A stretch of DNA of 63,364 nt, filler included, from Chrysochromulina tobinii (lineage: Eukaryota): the NCBI GenBank assembly GCA_001275005.1. It is 6 parts of 6 records of this genome, joined end to end, with 100 filler letters (N's around TTAATTAATTAA, not from the genome) between each part and the next. Parts side by side here need not be neighbours in the genome. Positions count along the whole stretch, not along the records: positions 1 to 14,827 come from JWZX01001444.1; positions 14,928 to 27,323 come from JWZX01001445.1; 4 more parts are not named here. One strand, written 5' to 3'. A model generated the notes under the pieces. It worked only from the letters and a program-made list of their open reading frames with translations. It made no database searches and had not been told where the DNA came from. The stretch's first letter is position 1; every line of letters starts with the position of its first letter. The translations under genes were made by a program, and so were the position numbers. Shown here piece after piece: positions 11,441 through 23,150 of the stretch.

Positions 11441-12222
11441 AAGCATGCCGTTGTGGCGGTACTACTACTGCTCACCTATCTGCTCAGGGCTCTCCTCGAG
11501 TTAGAGAGTATCCGTACGTCCTCATAACGAGAAAGTAAGAGTAAGCGTGCAAAGCTCGCGTTTTGGAAAAAGAGAGTGGACTGAGTGCGAGAGCCGAGAG
11601 AGTCTTCGAGTTTGCGCTCTGACGTGAGCCGCGGCCCCGCGGCCGCGCCCAACCGCGGACAACCGCGCGCGCGCCCGGGCCCCGGCGCCCCCGCGCCCCG
11701 CCCCGGGGCCCCTACGGGGCCCCCGGCGTCCGACTGAGTGTCACCGTGGCCGTCCCGCACAGCCCCACTGACAGGCCACATCAGCATTTTAAGGTAAACA
11801 AGTGTTGAAATGCGCGATAACAGGAAGCTAATGTGCAGGACCTCCGGCCGGTGGGGGCCACAGTACCCCCAGGACGCGCATTCGACTCGTTGAATACTCA
11901 ATACAAGAGCCGCCACGTGGTCCCACGACGTGCGGTGCTCCTGCACCTCTCGTTCGGGGACGATGGTGGCACGCTACCGCCACTCGCCAGCACGCCAGCA
12001 CGCCAAGACCTTGGGAAGGACCAGTCTCGCTCTCCTACTCGCCCCCCGCAGTCTCATCTCCGCGGTCTCACTCCACTTCCTTGCACGTAGAGCCCTTGTA
12101 GTAGAGCCCTTGTAGTAGACAGCCCTATTCCATGCCACCATGCATCATGCATCATGCTCGGTATACGGCTTCATCCTCCTTTACTCACTGCGAGGGCCAT
12201 GCTCGCTCAAGATCGCTCACCA

Positions 12223-14827
12223 TCATCCTTCATGTTCTGCCTGGTGCTCGGCCCCTGAGACCCCGGCTGTGTCCATGTAGCTCGCCGCGCGCGCGCTCGG
12301 GGGCGGACTTGGCATGGGCGATGCATTAGGGGACAGCTGCACCTCCGGGCGCGCGCGGCCTCCCGCCCGTGTGGCTTTAGGGCTCATCTGCAGCTTTTCT
12401 ATTTGCGACGCCTCCTCAGACGCCTCCGGGAATATCTTCGCCAGGGCCAGCCGCCGCTGCCGCAGCATGTACACGACAAGAGCCGCGCCGATGCCAATCG
12501 CAATCGCGATCACAAAGACGGAGAGGCTGATCGCCCCCTCGAGGCTGAGCGCAGAACCGGCCTCCGAAAGAGGCGGCGTCTTATAGAATGTCACGTTGAA
12601 ACGGGGGAGCGTTAAGGCGTCAGGCGCACCCGTGGCCGCCAGGAAGGCGTTGAGTGCGTCGGTGGATGCAGTGTGCGGCTCCAGGCTGGCTCGAACGGCG
12701 CGCAGCTGTGTGGCGCCGTACACGTCGTAGCTCGCCGTGAAGACCACGGAGCCTGCACGGACTGCGAGGCCCGTGCGCATCGGGTCGCGCGCAGGGTGCA
12801 GGATTGTGAAGGTACTGTGCATGCTGCCGAGGGTGGCCTCGGAGACCGCACTCACGTCAGCATCGGCCACGTACTCCATTTCCAGCCGAAACATGAAGGC
12901 ACGGATGCTAGGGTCGTTGGCGGCTGCCAACTCGGCGCTCGCAATCTGCCCATCGATCTCACTGGCGAGCGCGGCGGTGCTCGAGGTGAAGTAGTTGCAC
13001 ACGGATGCAGCGTGTACTGTGACCACGCCTGACGCCGTAGGACCGCCTATGATGGAGTGGCTGCTGTCCATGGCGCACGGGGTGGGCATCGTGGCGCCAT
13101 TCGAGCCGCACCGGTAGTTGAAGGCCGCTGGATCGAGGCAGCCCTGCACCCGCTCGTAGCAATACCCGTGATGCCGGGCGCTCACATCAAAGTTGAGGGC
13201 GGTCGGCGAGGTGCAGCCGCGGCGCATCGTCACGCATGCACTCACATTGTCCACGGTCGCGAACGGGTTGTAGTTGAATGCCAACGGGTCCAGGCAGCCG
13301 GTCACGCGTGGCACGCACCAGGAGCCCTGGTTGATGGTCGCATTGGGGTCGAAGTTGGCTGCATTCACATCCATGCACCCTTCGACGGCAATGACGCAGC
13401 CTTCGAGCACATTGGCTGCTGGATTGTGGGCCACCACAGCGCCATATGTGGCGAATGGCACGAGCCCTCGGAAGGGTATGCCAACGTACCGGGGCATCAT
13501 GGCCGTGGGCCTCGTCCTCCGTTCGCTGCTGGCGTTGACGCTGTGGCTCTCATTGCTCAGGGCACCAGTCGCGTTACTTCTCGCGGCGAGATTGCGATCG
13601 GCGGCGGAGAGCAGCAAGGTCGAGAAGGGGCTGAGCGCCGGCAGCGTGCAGCCGCGCACGCCAGGGAGGCACGAGCCGTCGTCCTGGGTGGCGCGCGCGT
13701 TGTAGTTGATCGCTGTCGGATCGGTGCAGCCGGACGTCGGGTATTGACAGAAAGCGGACTCTCGCGCACCCGGGTTGTAGTTGAGCGCGCCAGGGAAAAG
13801 GCAGCCCGGGTAGAAGTGAGTCGGGATGGCGCACGCCTGCGGGATGTGCACCTCCGCCGTGCGCTCGTAATTATTGTCGTCGGGGACCATGCAGCCTGCG
13901 AAAAGGAGCCGCCGAGCGTACATGGGGCGAAAGGTCGCACCCCCGGCCTCGATGGTGGTGCGCCACGGACATGGCAGGATGCGCGTGAGCGTCTGGATCG
14001 ATTGCCCACTCGCGTAGTTCGGCGCGCGCATAGCGGTCAACGGAGCGTGACGGCTGTGCACGTTGGTCGCGCGGCCGCATTCGAGCGTGCGCGCGGAAGA
14101 CGCGTAGCACAGACCTTCGAGGCCGAGGTGCGAGCAACGCGAGCCCACGTACATGCGTCGCTCGGGCGTGGATGGGCACCGGCCGTACGTTTCACACGTC
14201 GTGTACCCGAACATGTGGCCGCCATCGATGAGCGTCTCTTCGGAGGCCATCTCGCCGTGCTGGTACGTGGCGACCATCTCGACGCCGTCGAAGGCGCCGA
14301 GACGGATGACGTCGTCGGCGCGCACGAAGTGAGAATCGAGCGCGTCGTTGGCCTCGGCGAGCATGCTCTCGTCGATGCCGCCGCGTGAACCGATGATCAG
14401 ATCGGACACGTTCGTCTCCGCCACGAAGATGTCCACCGAATTGTCATACACATACTTGCGTAGGACCGAGAGCTTGGCAGCTTCGGTCCAGGGGTGCACG
14501 AGCGTCGGCATCGTGAGCGGCTCGCTCTCTGTCGAGGGGCGCTCGAGACTCGCGTATAGGCACACCTTGTTGCAGTGTCGCTCGGCCGGAGGCGGCGGCA
14601 ACGGCGGCGGGAACGGTGGCGGCGATGGCGGAGGCGAGGGTGGCGGCGGTCTTGGTGGCGGCAGCGGTTCAGGCGATGGGGCTGGCGGCGGTGGCGAGGG
14701 CGGCGGCGGTGGCGAGGGCAGCGGCGACGGAGGCGGAGGCCTTCTGGGCGGTGGCGAGGGCGGCGAGGGCGGCGGCCGACGCGGCGGCCGAGGCGGCGGG
14801 GGCGAGGGCGGCGGCGGTGGCGAGGGC
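12223..14827 (-). CDS. Single-pass cell-surface protein with Cys-rich GC(T/M/L)DxxAxN(Y/F) repeats and a Pro-rich stalk, 5'-truncated by gap
   Basis: Repeats such as GCTDPTAINYNARATQDDGSC, GCMDVNAANFDPNA and GCLDPLAFNYN. C-terminal TM followed by RQRR. Poly-Pro coding stretch runs up to the gap. Confidence 0.75.
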
Positions 14828-14927
14828 NNNNNNNNNNNNNNNNNNNNNNNNNNNNNNNNNNNNNNNNNNNNTTAATTAATTAANNNNNNNNNNNNNNNNN
14901 NNNNNNNNNNNNNNNNNNNNNNNNNNN
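14828..14927. other. Artificial contig-join spacer (N44-TTAATTAATTAA-N44). Also at 27324-27423, 47889-47988, 55562-55661 and 59510-59609
   Basis: Identical 100-nt spacer with stops in all six frames, occurring five times. Confidence 0.97.
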
Positions 14928-14930
14928 GGT

Positions 14931-17900
14931 TTGGACGCAGACACGCGGACTTGGGACGACGAGGAGGAGCGCAGGGCACGAATAGACCTGGTGGCCGAGA
15001 TGGATGCGGCTGCTGCGGGTCCCCTGCAAGCGGATCCATCACCCGAGATCAAGCGTGAGCTCTTCAAGGCAGCGCCGCCGCCGCACCGCCCCGCAATCGG
15101 CCCCGCGCGGCCCGATGCCTTCCGCGACGACGGGGACGACACCATCCTCGACGACATCGACGACGACGACGCTGTGCGGCCCATTGGCGCACCGTCCGAG
15201 CTGCTTGCATCTCGGACTTCTATGGAAGGCCCTACACCGTTGCCGCCAAAGCTGCGTCAGGCACTCACAGAGCTCGACCAAATCGTCATACACGTCCTCA
15301 TGTGTGGAGCGATTCGGTTTCTATGCGTCAAGTGGCTACTGATGCAGGAAGACAACTTCAAGATGCCGAATCGGCAGGCGCTCGAGGAGATTGAAAGGAG
15401 CGGGGCCTCGCCGTCGCCGCTGCTGAGCCCTCAAGAGGCCGCAGCGCTCGTCGAGCGTGGAGATCGGAGCATCGGCGCGCTTACCTATGGCTGGCTCAGT
15501 CCAGGCGATCCAGATCCAGACGGCTCGCGAATCCGCGTGCTTCGACGCGCTCTGATGGGGATGGCAATTCGAACTGAAGCCTTGTTCTGGGACTTTGGAT
15601 CGCTGTATCAGGCACCAAGGACACCGGAGCAGAGTGCTTCCTTTCAGCTCGCCCTCGAGGGTGGGGCGATGAATCAGCTTTATGCGTCGATCCTTGCAAC
15701 GACCGTGCTCCAGATCGAGGAGATCCCACCCCGGCCAGCCGAGTTTGATGGCGTTGTCTGCTTGTTCAAGTTGAGCGCAAATGTCGACGAGGACAAAGTA
15801 CGCGCGGCGCTCGTCGGGTTCGGAACTATCAAGAGCTACGACCTCAAACGCACCCCCGCCATCGTGCGCTTCGCCTCGCACGCCTCTGCCGTCGCGGCCA
15901 AAAAGGTGGGGGATGCGGCCAAGGATGCGGGGATGAGTGCCTGGCCCGGCCTATTCGAGGGGCTCGACACGCTCTACAATGAGACGCCGTACTTTTCTCG
16001 CGGATGGTGAGCGCTGCCCGTCCGATTCTGCAGACGTTACTGGATCCCCTTTCATAACCCTCACGCGCCTGCCACACTCTCCCACGCAGGTGCTGCTGCG
16101 AAGACTCGTTGAGCCGAGAGCTCATGAAGCGGTTGACGGCCTACCCCGCGCTCCGGGAGCCCCTCGATCAGCTTCAGCCCAAGGTCTTTGCGCTGAGCAG
16201 CAAAGCGGATGCAACCCCCATTGAGGTTGAGGCAATCGAGAACGACGTAGCCGCTGACATTGAGCGGATCAACAAGTCCAAGTTCACGAGCAAGGGCGAC
16301 AAGCCCAAGGTCATCAGCCTTTATATGGAGTACGTGCACAACACCGTTGGCGCGCTGCAGAAGACGCTCGGGTCGCTTCAGATGCTCGCGTTAGGCAGCG
16401 CGACGGCCGCGCCGGCGGAGCCGCTGCCGCAGGTCGATGCGCCGGCCGCGGAGCCGCTGCGCCTTGCCGAGGGACAGCCGCTGCTCCTGCTCTCGTCGCA
16501 GGGCAGCGGCGCGGGCGGCGGGCCGCGCTTTGGCGTCGTCGATGCGACCGGGGGGCGTGTTGCCGCCGCCGTCACGGGCGAAGACGACGCCGAGCTTGCC
16601 TACGACCGATGCAGCCAGGCGGTGCTCCCGTGGCGGCCGCCCGCTGCCGGCTGGGACGCCGCGTTCGTCGGCGATGCGCGTGCGCTTCGCGACCTCGTCG
16701 AGCCCGCACGCCGCCTGGCGGACGATGCTCGGAATATGGAATCGGAATCGGCTCTGCGGGCCGTGGGCGAGCGGGCGCGCGAGATCGCCGACGGCGCGGC
16801 GCGATGCCAAAGCATCGCGCACGCGGTGCGCGAGGTGGGTGGCGCCGTGCGGTCGTGCGTGGATGCGGCGGCGACACTCTTCAAAAAACAACAACAGGGC
16901 GATCCCAAGCAGCTCCAAGCCGCTCTCGACAAGGTGCGCGCGGCGGTCGAGACGCTGCAGCCCGTCGCGCTCGAGGCCGCGCTCACTGCGGCGCTGCGCT
17001 CCAGCGGCGCCAGCGGCGCCCGGCGCTACGCCGCCGGCCAGCCGCTCACCGTGCATACGACCGGCGGCTGGCGCGATGCCGACGTGGCCACGGCGGGCGC
17101 CGAGGGCCTCTTCCACGGCCTCACCTTCTTGGACGGCAGCGGCGAGCCACCTGCCACGCTCACGCTGCACCCGTGGAACCACGCGCCGCGCGAGCTGCCG
17201 CACGCCGCCTTCGAGGCGATGCGCGACTGGTGGGCGCGCTCGCTCCGCGCGAACCATACTCACATTCCCGACGCGCTCACGGGCAAGCGGCTCGACGCAC
17301 TGCAGCAGTGCGTCGCCATCCGCGTGGACGCCGGCGTCGGCGGGGTGGTCGTAGCACCTGCAGCAGCCCTCAGGGCAGCGCCTCCAAGCGGCGCTGCTGC
17401 GCCTGCGCCCAGACGCCTGTCTGGGGGCCTCTTTGCCGCACCTTCACCTGCCTCTGCCTTTGGCATTGATGCTCCGGCAGTGCCTGCCTTCACCATTGGC
17501 GCCCCCCCCGCGCCCGCTCGTCCGGCGGCCGCAACACCCACATTTTGCGGCGGCGCCGCCTCCTGTAGCTATCTCTTTGGTGGCACGCCCGCAGCGCCAG
17601 GTGGACTCTTCAGCAATCTTGCCTCCGGCACCGCCACGCCGACGACGTCCTTGTTTGGCGCGGCCGCGGCCACGCCACAGCTCGCCGCTGCCGTGCCCTG
17701 CACAGCCCCGGCCCCATCGTCTGCAGCCTTCTCCTTCGGCGGCGGTCTGTTTGGAGGAGGCGGCGCTGCAGCCCCGGTCACATCGTCTGCAGCATTCTCC
17801 TTCGGCGGCGGTCTGTTTGGAGGCGGCGGCGCTGCTGCGCCTGCACCCGCGTACGGCGGCGGTCTGTTTGGAGGCGGCGGCGCTGCTGCGCCTGCACCCG

Positions 17901-20900
17901 CGTACGCCGGCAGTCTGTTTGGTGGTGGCGGCAAGGCTGCTTGCGGCCTTGTCCTCCCTGGCAACTCGTTTTTCCCGGCGGGCCCGGCGATGGGTGGCGG
18001 CCACTTCGACACCTTTATAGTCAGCTCCTCACCTTTCTTCGGCGGGGCGGCTGCGGCCGGCATGGGCAACACAGCACCATACCAGCCCTCTCCCGCGCCT
18101 GCCACCTTTAGCAGCTTCGGTGCTGCTCCCGCGGGTGGAGCTCGCAGTCCCTTTGGCGCTGCACCGGCTGGAGGCGGATTCGGCGCGGCTCCGTCGCCAC
18201 TCGGAGGGTCCGCCGCTGCGCCACCAGCATTTGGAGCGGGCGCTGTGCCAACATTCGATGCGATCGCGATGCCAGAAGTCAATGCCTCTACCTCCTTCGG
18301 CGCGACGTTGGAGTTCGGTGGTTTGAGTGCGGCCAGTGCGGGGGCCGCCGGCTTCGGCGGGGCGGCCGCGGCCGCGGCTGGTACGCCAGAAATCGTAGTC
18401 CGCGACGCGCACAGCCTGACCGCATGGTTGCTTGCGCAGCACGGCGCGCGGCTCGAGGGCGGCCCAACGGAGGGTCCACTCGCGGTGCTGCTCACCGCCG
18501 GCCCCGCGAGCGGCAAGACGACGCTGCTGTCGCAGGTGGTGATGATCGCGCTCCAAGACGAGCGCACGGAGCTCGTGCCCATCCTGGTCAAGGTGCAGGT
18601 CTTGCAGCAGCGGCTGCTCAAGGTGCCCGACGCCTTCGCCGGTTCGTGGAACTACATTGACGCCTTCCTGCGCCTTGAGCACGAGGCGAGCCGCCCCGCG
18701 CTCTACCGCATGCTGCGCCAGGCGATGATGGCGCGTCGGGCGCTGCTCCTCCTCGACGGGCTCGACGAGGCCGGCGCCAAGCGCGCCGAGATCGAGCGCC
18801 ACGTGGTCGACGCGCTCGCGCCGCAGGGCCACGTGCTTCTCTGCACCTCGCGGCCGGCGGGCGTCGATGAAGCGCGCTTTTCCGCCTTCCGCCGTCTCGC
18901 GCTCGCGCCGCTCTCGGATGCTCAGCAGGAGCGCGCCCTCGAGCAGCGCCTCGGCGCCGAGCGCGCGGCTGTGCTGCTGACGTACGTGCGCGACGTGATG
19001 CCGCGCGACGACACGGGCCAGAAGGTGACGAGCAACCCGCTGATGCTCTCGATGGTTGCTGCCGTGTACGAGCTGCGGCAGGGCGTGGGCATGCCCCGGA
19101 CGGTCGCCGAGCTGTACGCGACCGCGTCCGACGCGATGCTCGCGCGCGGAGGCGTTAAGACGGCTGAGCTTGCGCGGCTGCTGCGGCGCATCTTCTTCGA
19201 GGCGCACGTCGCGCAGCGCCGCCTCATTGAGGACCGGCAGCTGGACGAGGCGGCGCTCAGCCTGGAGGCGCCCGAGGTGCTAGCACAGATTCGGTCCTCC
19301 TCGGGCCTCGTCAGTGAGACGGCCGCGCTCCAGCGCGCCATGGATGCGAGGGCGCCCGCCGTGCGCGCGGCGTGCGAGGCGAGCCTGTCGGTGGAGCTGC
19401 TTGAGGCGCTGCGCACGGTGCGCGAGCGCGTGCTCGTCGACGCGCTGCCGCTGCTCAGCCTGTGGCAGTCCGAGCCGCTGCAGCTGCAGTCGTCGCACCT
19501 CTCCTTCCAGGAGTACTTTGCTGCGATCGCGCTCTGCGACGAGGGCACCGAGCTCTCGGGCACGCCGCCGTGGCAGTGGCCCGCGTGGTGGGCGAACGTG
19601 GTGAAGCTCGGTGCCGAGATGCAGGGCGACCGCTTTGGTCGTGGGCTGCTGCGCGCGGCCGGGGTGACGGGCGACACGCTCAACCTCTCGCAGAAGCTCG
19701 GCGGCGACCGGCCGACGGTGCGGCGCGTGCTGGCGGCCGTGGTCGCCAGTGCCGGCGAGCTGATTACGCTCAACCTGAGCAAGAATGAGCTCGATGCAGA
19801 GGATGCTCGAGCGCTTGCCCCTGCTTTGACGAAGACCACACTCGCGCGCGTCGACATGCGCAGAAACAAGATCGCGGGCGACGGCGCTGCCCGGCTCTCA
19901 ACCGCTGTCCTCAGCAACCTCAAGATCGAGATGTTCAACGAGATCCCGATCAAGGAGATGCGCGCCGACACGTTCGCAGAGCTGGACCTGAAGGAGAAGG
20001 ACGTCGGAGTCGAGGGAGGCATGGTCGTGGCGGGTCTTTTACCCGTCATGGGCGGGCTGACGAGCATGGACCTCTCCAGAAACCAGCTGTGCGGCATCTG
20101 GACTGACGGGAGAGGCCATCGACAAGGCACCTACACCGCAGAGGGCATCACTGCAATCGCCAAGGCCCTGCGCGTTAATGTCGGGCTGACGGCCCTGGAT
20201 TTGTCCTCTAACGACCTCGCGGATGAGGGCATAAGCGCAGTCTGCGAGGCCATCCAGAGTAACGAGGATACCAAGCTCGCGTCGCTCAACTTCAGTGACA
20301 ACGGCATCGGTCCAGTTGGAGCAAACGCTGTGGCGGCTATGGTTGCTGTGACAGGCGCGTTGACATGCGTCGACGTCAGCACCCAAGGATATAACATTGC
20401 GGGCAACGACGCTGCGCAGCTCGCAGCCGCTATCCTAGGCAACCTCAAGATCGAGAGGTTCAACGAGATCCCGATCAAGGAGATGCGCGCCGACTCGCTC
20501 AAGGAGCTGGACCTGAATGGGAAGGACGTCGGAGTCGAGGGAGGCATGGTCGTTGCGGGTCTCATACCCGTCATGGGCTCGCTGACAGCCCTGGATTTGT
20601 CCTCTAACTGCCTCAAGGATGAGGGCGTAAGCACAGTCTGCAAGGCCATCCAGAGTAACAAGGAGACCAAGCTCGTGTCGCTCAACTTCAGTGACAACGG
20701 CATCGGTCCAGTTGGAGCAAACGCTGTGGCGGCTATGGTAGCCGTCACAGGCGCCTTGACAGAGGTACTCTGAACTCTGGCCCAGCGTTTTGGACCTCAA
20801 ATTGTGACCTGTTCTGACTGGAGAGCTTGCCCTCTCTGTGTACAGGTGAACCTCGACGGCTATGCGCTACCCATCAAGAAGCTCAAGGGCACCGAGCCAG

Positions 20901-22234
20901 TCGAGTTGCTCGACCTATGTGACAAGTGCCTCGGTGTTGCCTCCGCCTTCGTGATCGCCTCACTGATCGGCGTCAACGGCGTGCTGATGAAGCTGTCGCT
21001 CGCCAGAAACAATTTGGAGGAGGGCATACAAGCCATCTGTGAGGCACTAGAACAGAACACGACGCTCAAGGAGCTCGACATCAGCGGTGATTCGCGTGGC
21101 AGCAACATTGATGGGTCAGCAGGAGCCAAGCACGTGGCCAAGTTGCTTGGCGTCAACGGCGCTCTGACGGAGTGCAATCTCCAGAGCAATCATCTAGGCG
21201 CCAAAGGCTGGACCGTCGTCTTCACAGCACTGCGCAACAGTAAGGTAAGCAAGATCTCCACGTGGGATCTCCGTGCTGAGTTCCGTGCTGAGTATGACAT
21301 CAAGGTGAGCATCAAAAGCATCAAACCTTTGGCTGAGTACATCGCCGTCAGCGGCGGGCTGACAGCCCTGGATTTGTCCTTCAACAACCTCATAGATGAG
21401 GGCGTAAGCGAAGTCTGCGAGGCCATCCAGAATAACAAGGAGACCAAGCTCGCGTCGCTCAACTTCGAGCGCAATCGCATCGGCCCAGTTGGAGCAAACG
21501 CTGTGGCGGCTATGGTAGCCGTCAACGGCGCCCTGACGGTGGCCAACCTCCTACGCAATCCGCTTGATGCAGAGTCCGCCAAGATGCTTGCTGAAGTCGC
21601 CAAGCAGAAGGGCATCTCGCTCTGCGGCATCCGGCGCGATCAGACCACCGCTGACTTCCACGATCAATACCTGAAGCCGCCTGATGCGATCCTGCTGGCG
21701 TCGGACCTGACGCAGGCCGTTGTCACAGGTGGGCTGACAAGCATCAACCTGTCCGGAAATCACCTCACCAACTTAGGAACGGACATGACGGGCATCAAGG
21801 AGCTCGCCGCCGCTCTTGGCGTCAACGGCGGGCTGACCAAAATATCTCTCGCCAAAAACAAGTTAGGGGAGGAGGGCACCAAGGCCATCTGCGAGGCAAC
21901 AGAACAGAACACGACGCTCAAGGAGCTCGACATAAGCGGCGGGTTTGGAGAATGCAACATCGGAGGGTCAGCAGGTGCCAAGCATGTGGCCAAGATGCTT
22001 GGCGTCAATGGCGCGCTGACGGTGACCAACCTCCTGGGCAATCAGCTTGATGCAGAGTCAGCCAAGATGCTTGCTGAAGTTGCCAAGGAGAAGGGCATCT
22101 CGCTCTGCAGCATCCAGCGCGACCAGACCACCGCTCACTTCTCCAACCAGGACCTCAAGCCGCCCCCGGCAGTCTTAGACTCACACCGTCATCGACAAAC
22201 CAAGACCTTTCGACGAAACCCGCCATCGACTTAA
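14931..22234 (+). CDS. NLR-like protein: HET-like domain - FG-rich insert - NACHT - RI-type LRRs. Introns 16007-16089 and 20765-20845. 5' end may lie beyond the gap
   Basis: HET-like TYGWLSPGDPDP, LFWDFGSLYQ, MNQLY and RGWCCCE (rebuilt across the intron). Walker A GPASGKT, Walker B LLLLDGLDE, TSRP, SNPLMLSM, HLSFQEYF, many LxxLxLxxN repeats. Both GT-AG introns restore the frame. Confidence 0.88.
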
Positions 22235-22355
22235 AAATCATGGCGCTCATGCAAGCGCGTCCCCGAGTGGCGCGCTTACATGACTACTGGCTGTGATCCG
22301 TGTGCCCGTGTGCGTCCGTGTGTCCCTTGTGTGTCCCGGCTCCCCCGGTGTCTTT

Positions 22356-23150
22356 TTACCGGTACCCACCGGTACAGTCCCGGCTCCCCCGGTGTCTCAT
22401 CTCCTTGGCCATCTTTTTGGCTTCCTCCTTAGCTCTTCTACCGCGCTCGGCCGACTGCACGCGAGTCGCCGCGGCCGTCTCGATGGCGTCTTTCCGGATG
22501 ATCTCATGTGCCGCCGGCTCCACTGTCGCCGGCCCCATTGCCGCCGGCTCCGCTGCCGCCGGCTCCGTTGCCGCCGCCTGGTCCTCGGCACTCCTGGCCC
22601 GGATCAGCTGCGAGACCGGCGAGCCGCGCTCAGCCGCTGCCTCCGCCTCTGCCGCCTCCGCCGCGGCCGTCGCCGCCACCTCCGCCACCTCCGCCTCTGC
22701 CGCCGCGGCCGATGCTGCTGCTGCCTCCGCCTCCGCCGCCTCGGCCGCTGCCTTATCGGCATCCTCCGCCGCGGTCGCCGCCGTGGCCGCCTCCGCCGCC
22801 GCCGTTGCCGCCGCCGCCGCCGCCTCTGCGGCGGCTGTCTCGGCTTCCGCCGCATCCTTTGCAGCCGCCTCCGCCGATGCCGCCTCAGGCGGCCACTGCT
22901 TCAGCCGCCGCCTCCGCCGATGCCGCCTCGGCGGCCACTGCTTCAGCCGCCGCCTCCGCCTCCGCCTCCGCCGCCTCCGCCGCCGCAGCAGCAGCCGGAG
23001 CTGCCTCTGCCTCCGCCTCCGCCTCCGCCTCCGCCTCCTCTGTGGCTGCTGTCTCGGCCTTTGCCGCCTCCTTTGCAGCCGCCTCCGCCGATGCCGCCTC
23101 GGCGGCCACTGCTTCAGCCGCCGCCGCAGCCGCAGCCGCCGAGGGTGCTG
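22356..23150 (-). pseudogene. 3' fragment of an Ala/Glu-rich IQ-motif protein gene, abutting the LINE 5' end
   Basis: EAAAK/AEAE low-complexity coding sequence and IQ-like AAATRVQSAERGRRAK. A frame change occurs within the repeats. Confidence 0.4.

Noticed and set aside
11560..11800. Extremely GC-rich stretch as a MITE (similar composition at 1-240)
   Set aside because: No terminal inverted repeats or target duplication could be verified
14828..14927. TTAATTAATTAA palindrome within N runs (five times)
   Set aside because: Assembly linker, not biological. It also means clustering of NLR, HET and LINE genes across contigs cannot be claimed
22508..23150. Poly-Pro/Ala N-terminus of the 1623-aa ORF as part of the LINE protein
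   Set aside because: It is better explained as the antisense of an Ala/Glu-rich gene fragment that is open by chance
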